NCBI GenBank assembly: GCA_963422615.1
Contig: OY730414.1
Location: 62,001 to 126,000 of the forward strand
Length of the DNA stretch: 64,000 bases
Direction: 5' to 3'
Source: Longimicrobiales bacterium
GTDB lineage: Bacteria > Gemmatimonadota > Gemmatimonadetes > Longimicrobiales > Gaopeijiaceae
Of the stretch, positions 61,359-64,000 are shown piece after piece. The notes below the pieces were generated by a model, which was not told the origin of the DNA, searched no databases, and saw only the letters and a list, made by a program, of their open reading frames with translations. The first letter of the stretch is position 1, and every line of letters begins with the position of its first letter. The position numbers were made by a program, and so were the translations under genes.

Positions 61359-62072
61359 TCACATCCAAGTCTCGTCCGGATGGAAGGGCAAGGGCGCCAC
61401 GGATATCCCTTTCCTGTCCAAGGCAACAGCGGCTTCTGCGCCAGGAGCGCAGTCCAGTCCGCCGACATGCCAGTCTCGGGGATTTTCGGCTGGATCTTCG
61501 ACTCGGACCAAGCCCTCGAGGGGATCCGGCAGCGGATTCACCGAGAACGAAAGCAACGGAGCCGCAAGGCCCCTCCCCAGAGCCTTCAAGAAGGCTTCCC
61601 TGCGGGTCCAGATGCGAAAGAACACGGCAGTCCGTTCCCGGTTCTGGACCGCCCGGAGGCAGGCAGCTTCACTTTCGGCGAAGTGCCGTTCCGCCAGGGC
61701 TCCCAAGTTTCGGACCGGCCTGACTTCCTCCAGGTCGACCCCTAGGCGTCCCTCAAGGGAAACCGCAACCAACATACGCTCTCCAGAGTGGGAAAGGTTG
61801 AAAGAAGGGCCGTCCACCAGGAAGGGCTTCCCCCCGTCTTCGTACCCAAAGCGGATCTCGCCCGGACTCCTTTCCGTCAGGCGCCCCAGAATCCCCCGCA
61901 AACGAACCCGTGCCAGCGTGAATCGGCGACGACGGATTCCCACCCGGAAGCGGTCTGCCCGAACCCTCTCGTCTTCGGACAGAAGCATCCGCGCCCGGCC
62001 TGCCAACGGATCCGGGGCGTCCAGTCTCCCTTCCCAGACGAATACGACGCCCCGCTCAAGGTGGATCTTCAT
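61359..62072 (-). CDS. Sfp-type 4'-phosphopantetheinyl transferase
   Basis: GKP, FNLSHS, LGVDLE, FFRIWTRREAFLKALGRGL. Confidence 0.93.
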   Translation of the reverse strand: MKIHLERGVVFVWEGRLDAPDPLAGRARMLLSEDERVRADRFRVGIRRRRFTLARVRLRGILGRLTERSPGEIRFGYEDGGKPFLVDGPSFNLSHSGERMLVAVSLEGRLGVDLEEVRPVRNLGALAERHFAESEAACLRAVQNRERTAVFFRIWTRREAFLKALGRGLAAPLLSFSVNPLPDPLEGLVRVEDPAENPRDWHVGGLDCAPGAEAAVALDRKGISVAPLPFHPDETWM

Positions 62073-62104
62073 GTCTGTGGCCCGGCCGACTCCGGCCCCG
62101 CCGT

Positions 62105-62138
62105 CCGGCAACACAGCCAACGCCGGCAACACAGCCAA
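62105..62138. repeat. Tandem direct repeat, 16 bp x2 (CCGGCAACACAGCCAA, 18-bp period)
   Basis: Copies at 62105-62120 and 62123-62138. Confidence 0.9.
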
Positions 62139-62202
62139 ACGGTCACCCGCGCAGATCCAGCTGTTTGCGCTTGCCCCAAGCCCCCCTGCTCGACCCCAAA
62201 GC

Positions 62203-62682
62203 CTACGGTCCGGAAGAACGAGAACCCCGTCCGGGTCGGTCCCGCAACGCCCTGCGCCCGAGCGCGAGCCAGTCGCACGTCGCCGTCTGGGCGTCCGAAG
62301 GGTTGGGGGGAAGTCCCACGACGAAGACGCGCGCCCCCTTTGCGCTTGGAAGGTGAAGGATCATGTCGCCGACTTCTGCCGGCGGCTCGTAGGCCCGGGC
62401 GTGGCCGCGGGGATCCACGGCCACGGTCCGTCCCGGAGATGTCAACCGCGCGATCAACAGTCCGTAGGTTCTCCACGCCTCCAACGGTTCTGCGTCCCCT
62501 TGGGCGATGGACGGAATCAGCTTCTTCCGGTAGTATGCCACGGCTTCGCCATATCCGTCTGCGTTGAACCGCTTCAGCTCCCGCAATCCGTCGCGATAAT
62601 AGTCCCTCGGGTCTCGCGCCCCGGCCGCCGCCAAGGCCTTCGAAAAACAGGCGTCGGCCACCTGCTGAAGATCTTCCTTCAT
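62203..62682 (-). CDS. Hypothetical protein downstream of rho
   Basis: ATG start with GGAG/AGGA upstream; natural-looking sequence (RDPRDYYRDGLRELK, LILHLP-like motif). Confidence 0.75.
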   Translation of the reverse strand: MKEDLQQVADACFSKALAAAGARDPRDYYRDGLRELKRFNADGYGEAVAYYRKKLIPSIAQGDAEPLEAWRTYGLLIARLTSPGRTVAVDPRGHARAYEPPAEVGDMILHLPSAKGARVFVVGLPPNPSDAQTATCDWLALGRRALRDRPGRGSRSSGP

Positions 62683-62758
62683 GTCCTGGATCTCCCGGGT
62701 CGGGTCAAAAGTTGCCAGGCATCGGCAAGCTTCGGAGGAGCGCGGCCGGGTTCCCTGG

Positions 62759-62796
62759 GTCTCCGGCGGTCATGGCTAGTCTCCGGCGGTCATGGC
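62759..62796. repeat. 18-bp direct repeat duplicating the last codons of rho
   Basis: GTCTCCGGCGGTCATGGC at 62759-62776 and 62779-62796. Confidence 0.9.
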
Positions 62797-64000
62797 CTTC
62801 AGGAAGCCAGAGTTCGTCCCGTGCCGGCCCATGCGTTCCACCAGGAATTCGGCGGCCTCGGGGCCGGGCATGGAAGACATGAAGTTGCGCAGCAGGTAGA
62901 CCCGGTTCAGCTCCGTCGCAGAGAGGAGCAGCTCCTCTCGCCGGGTCCCCGAGCGGTTCAGGTCAATGGCGGGGAAGATCCTCTGGTCGGCAATCTCCCG
63001 ATCCAGGACCAGCTCCATGTTTCCGGTCCCCTTGAACTCCTCGAAGATCACTTCGTCCATCCGGCTCCCGGTCTCCACCAGGGCCGTAGCGATGATGGTC
63101 AGCGAACCTCCTTCTTCCACGTTGCGGGCCGAGCCGAAGAAATGCTTCGGTCCGTGCAGCGCGTTCGCGTCGACACCCCCGGAGAGGATCCGGCCCGAGT
63201 AGGGGGCAAGAATGTTGTACGCTCGAGCCAAGCGGGTGATCGAATCAAGGAGAATCACCACATCCCGTCCGTACTCCACTTGGCGCTTCGCCTTTTCCAG
63301 CACCATCTCCGCCACCTGTCTGTGTCGGCGCGGCGATTCATCGAAGGTGGACGAGACCACTTCGCCCCGGACGCTGTCCTCCATTTCCGTGACTTCTTCG
63401 GGGCGCTCGTCCACGAGAAGTACGATCAGGAGCACGTCCGGGCGGTTGACGGCGATGGCGTGGGCCATGTTTCGAAGAATGGTGGTTTTCCCCGCCTTGG
63501 GCGGGGACACGATCAAGCCGCGCTGCCCCAGCCCGACGGGCGCGATGAGGTCCAAAATCCGCATGGCCAGGTCGCCGCCGAAAATCTCTAGGGTCAGGCG
63601 TTCCTCCGGGTAGCGAGGCCGCAGGTCCCCGTAGGAAGGGCGCTTTCCGGCGGCTTCCGGATCGGCCCCGTTGATGCTCTCCACCTTCGCCAGAGCAAGG
63701 TAGCGCTCCCGGTTTCGGGGGGGGCGCACCGGGCCGGAGAGGAAATCGCCCCTCCGCAGGCCGAAGCCCCTGATTTGGGAAGGGCTCACGTACACATCGT
63801 CGGGGCCCGACAAGTAGTTCCAGCTCTGGGACCTCAGGAAACCGTATCCGTCCGGGAGGATATCCAGCACCCCGGCCACTTGGGGAGCCTCGCTCCTCCG
63901 GGCCAGTCCCTGGTGGATCCGGAAGATCAGGTCCTGCTTGCGGAGACCTGCGGAGTGCGGAATCTTCAGAGTTTCCGCAAAGCTTCGGAGTTCCGCTACC
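62776..64000 (-). CDS. rho: Transcription termination factor Rho; the 5' end runs off the right edge
   Basis: [10 protein letters not shown]-domain, [49 protein letters not shown]. Confidence 0.98.
   Translation of the reverse strand, partial: VAELRSFAETLKIPHSAGLRKQDLIFRIHQGLARRSEAPQVAGVLDILPDGYGFLRSQSWNYLSGPDDVYVSPSQIRGFGLRRGDFLSGPVRPPRNRERYLALAKVESINGADPEAAGKRPSYGDLRPRYPEERLTLEIFGGDLAMRILDLIAPVGLGQRGLIVSPPKAGKTTILRNMAHAIAVNRPDVLLIVLLVDERPEEVTEMEDSVRGEVVSSTFDESPRRHRQVAEMVLEKAKRQVEYGRDVVILLDSITRLARAYNILAPYSGRILSGGVDANALHGPKHFFGSARNVEEGGSLTIIATALVETGSRMDEVIFEEFKGTGNMELVLDREIADQRIFPAIDLNRSGTRREELLLSATELNRVYLLRNFMSSMPGPEAAEFLVERMGRHGTNSGFLKAMTAGD

Noticed and set aside
62105..62138. Possible CRISPR or iteron array
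   Set aside because: Only two copies with a 2-bp spacer and no cas or rep genes.
61093..63591. 832-aa plus-strand ORF
   Set aside because: Antisense to rho, the hypothetical and the PPTase, with no motifs; a typical high-GC shadow ORF. The same applies to most other overlapping ORFs in the track.
1..64000. tRNA, rRNA, integrase, transposase or prophage genes
   Set aside because: None recognised by eye on either strand; tRNAscan-SE and ISEScan would confirm.

Overview
A high-GC bacterial chromosomal window that is almost entirely housekeeping and accessory genes. The gene mix (SusC/SusD pair, complete Bat operon, BNR/VPS10 and LVIVD propellers, S9 peptidase, 'GREGGGPGEF' propeller motif) suggests Gemmatimonadota, but this is an inference. 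In order: DUF2723 glycosyltransferase (partial), alpha/beta hydrolase plus VPS10-like propeller, ornithine cyclodeaminase-family gene, APC permease-USP fusion, TlpA, M50 peptidase, a co-directional greA-purK-purE-tyrS-menE-menA-menB-menD-menF run on the minus strand, ppk1, an LVIVD protein, class I aldolase, VOC, sixA, an orphan C5 DNA methyltransferase, the moxR-DUF58-batABCDE operon, a DinB-family gene, truncated susC plus susD, DCC1, a BNR propeller plus MoaD/ThiS pair, amidase, thioesterase, serine hydrolase, MBL, amidohydrolase, S9 peptidase, DEAD-box helicase, Sfp-type PPTase and rho (partial). I saw no tRNA, rRNA, CRISPR array, integrase or transposase. Best candidates for something new: (1) an unannotated stand-alone transcription unit at about 11437-11745, with a near-consensus sigma70 promoter, a structured ~275-nt RNA carrying 13 nt complementary to the 16S 3' tail, a 20-codon ORF and a strong intrinsic terminator; (2) a cytoplasmic Cys/His-motif BNR propeller paired with a ubiquitin-like MoaD/ThiS protein, with no E1 enzyme nearby; (3) a decayed cassette of small Cys peptide, DsbA and beta-propeller. 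There are also several gene scars (ECF sigma, Fic, R-M island, decapitated susC). All family calls come from reading motifs by eye; no database searches were run.
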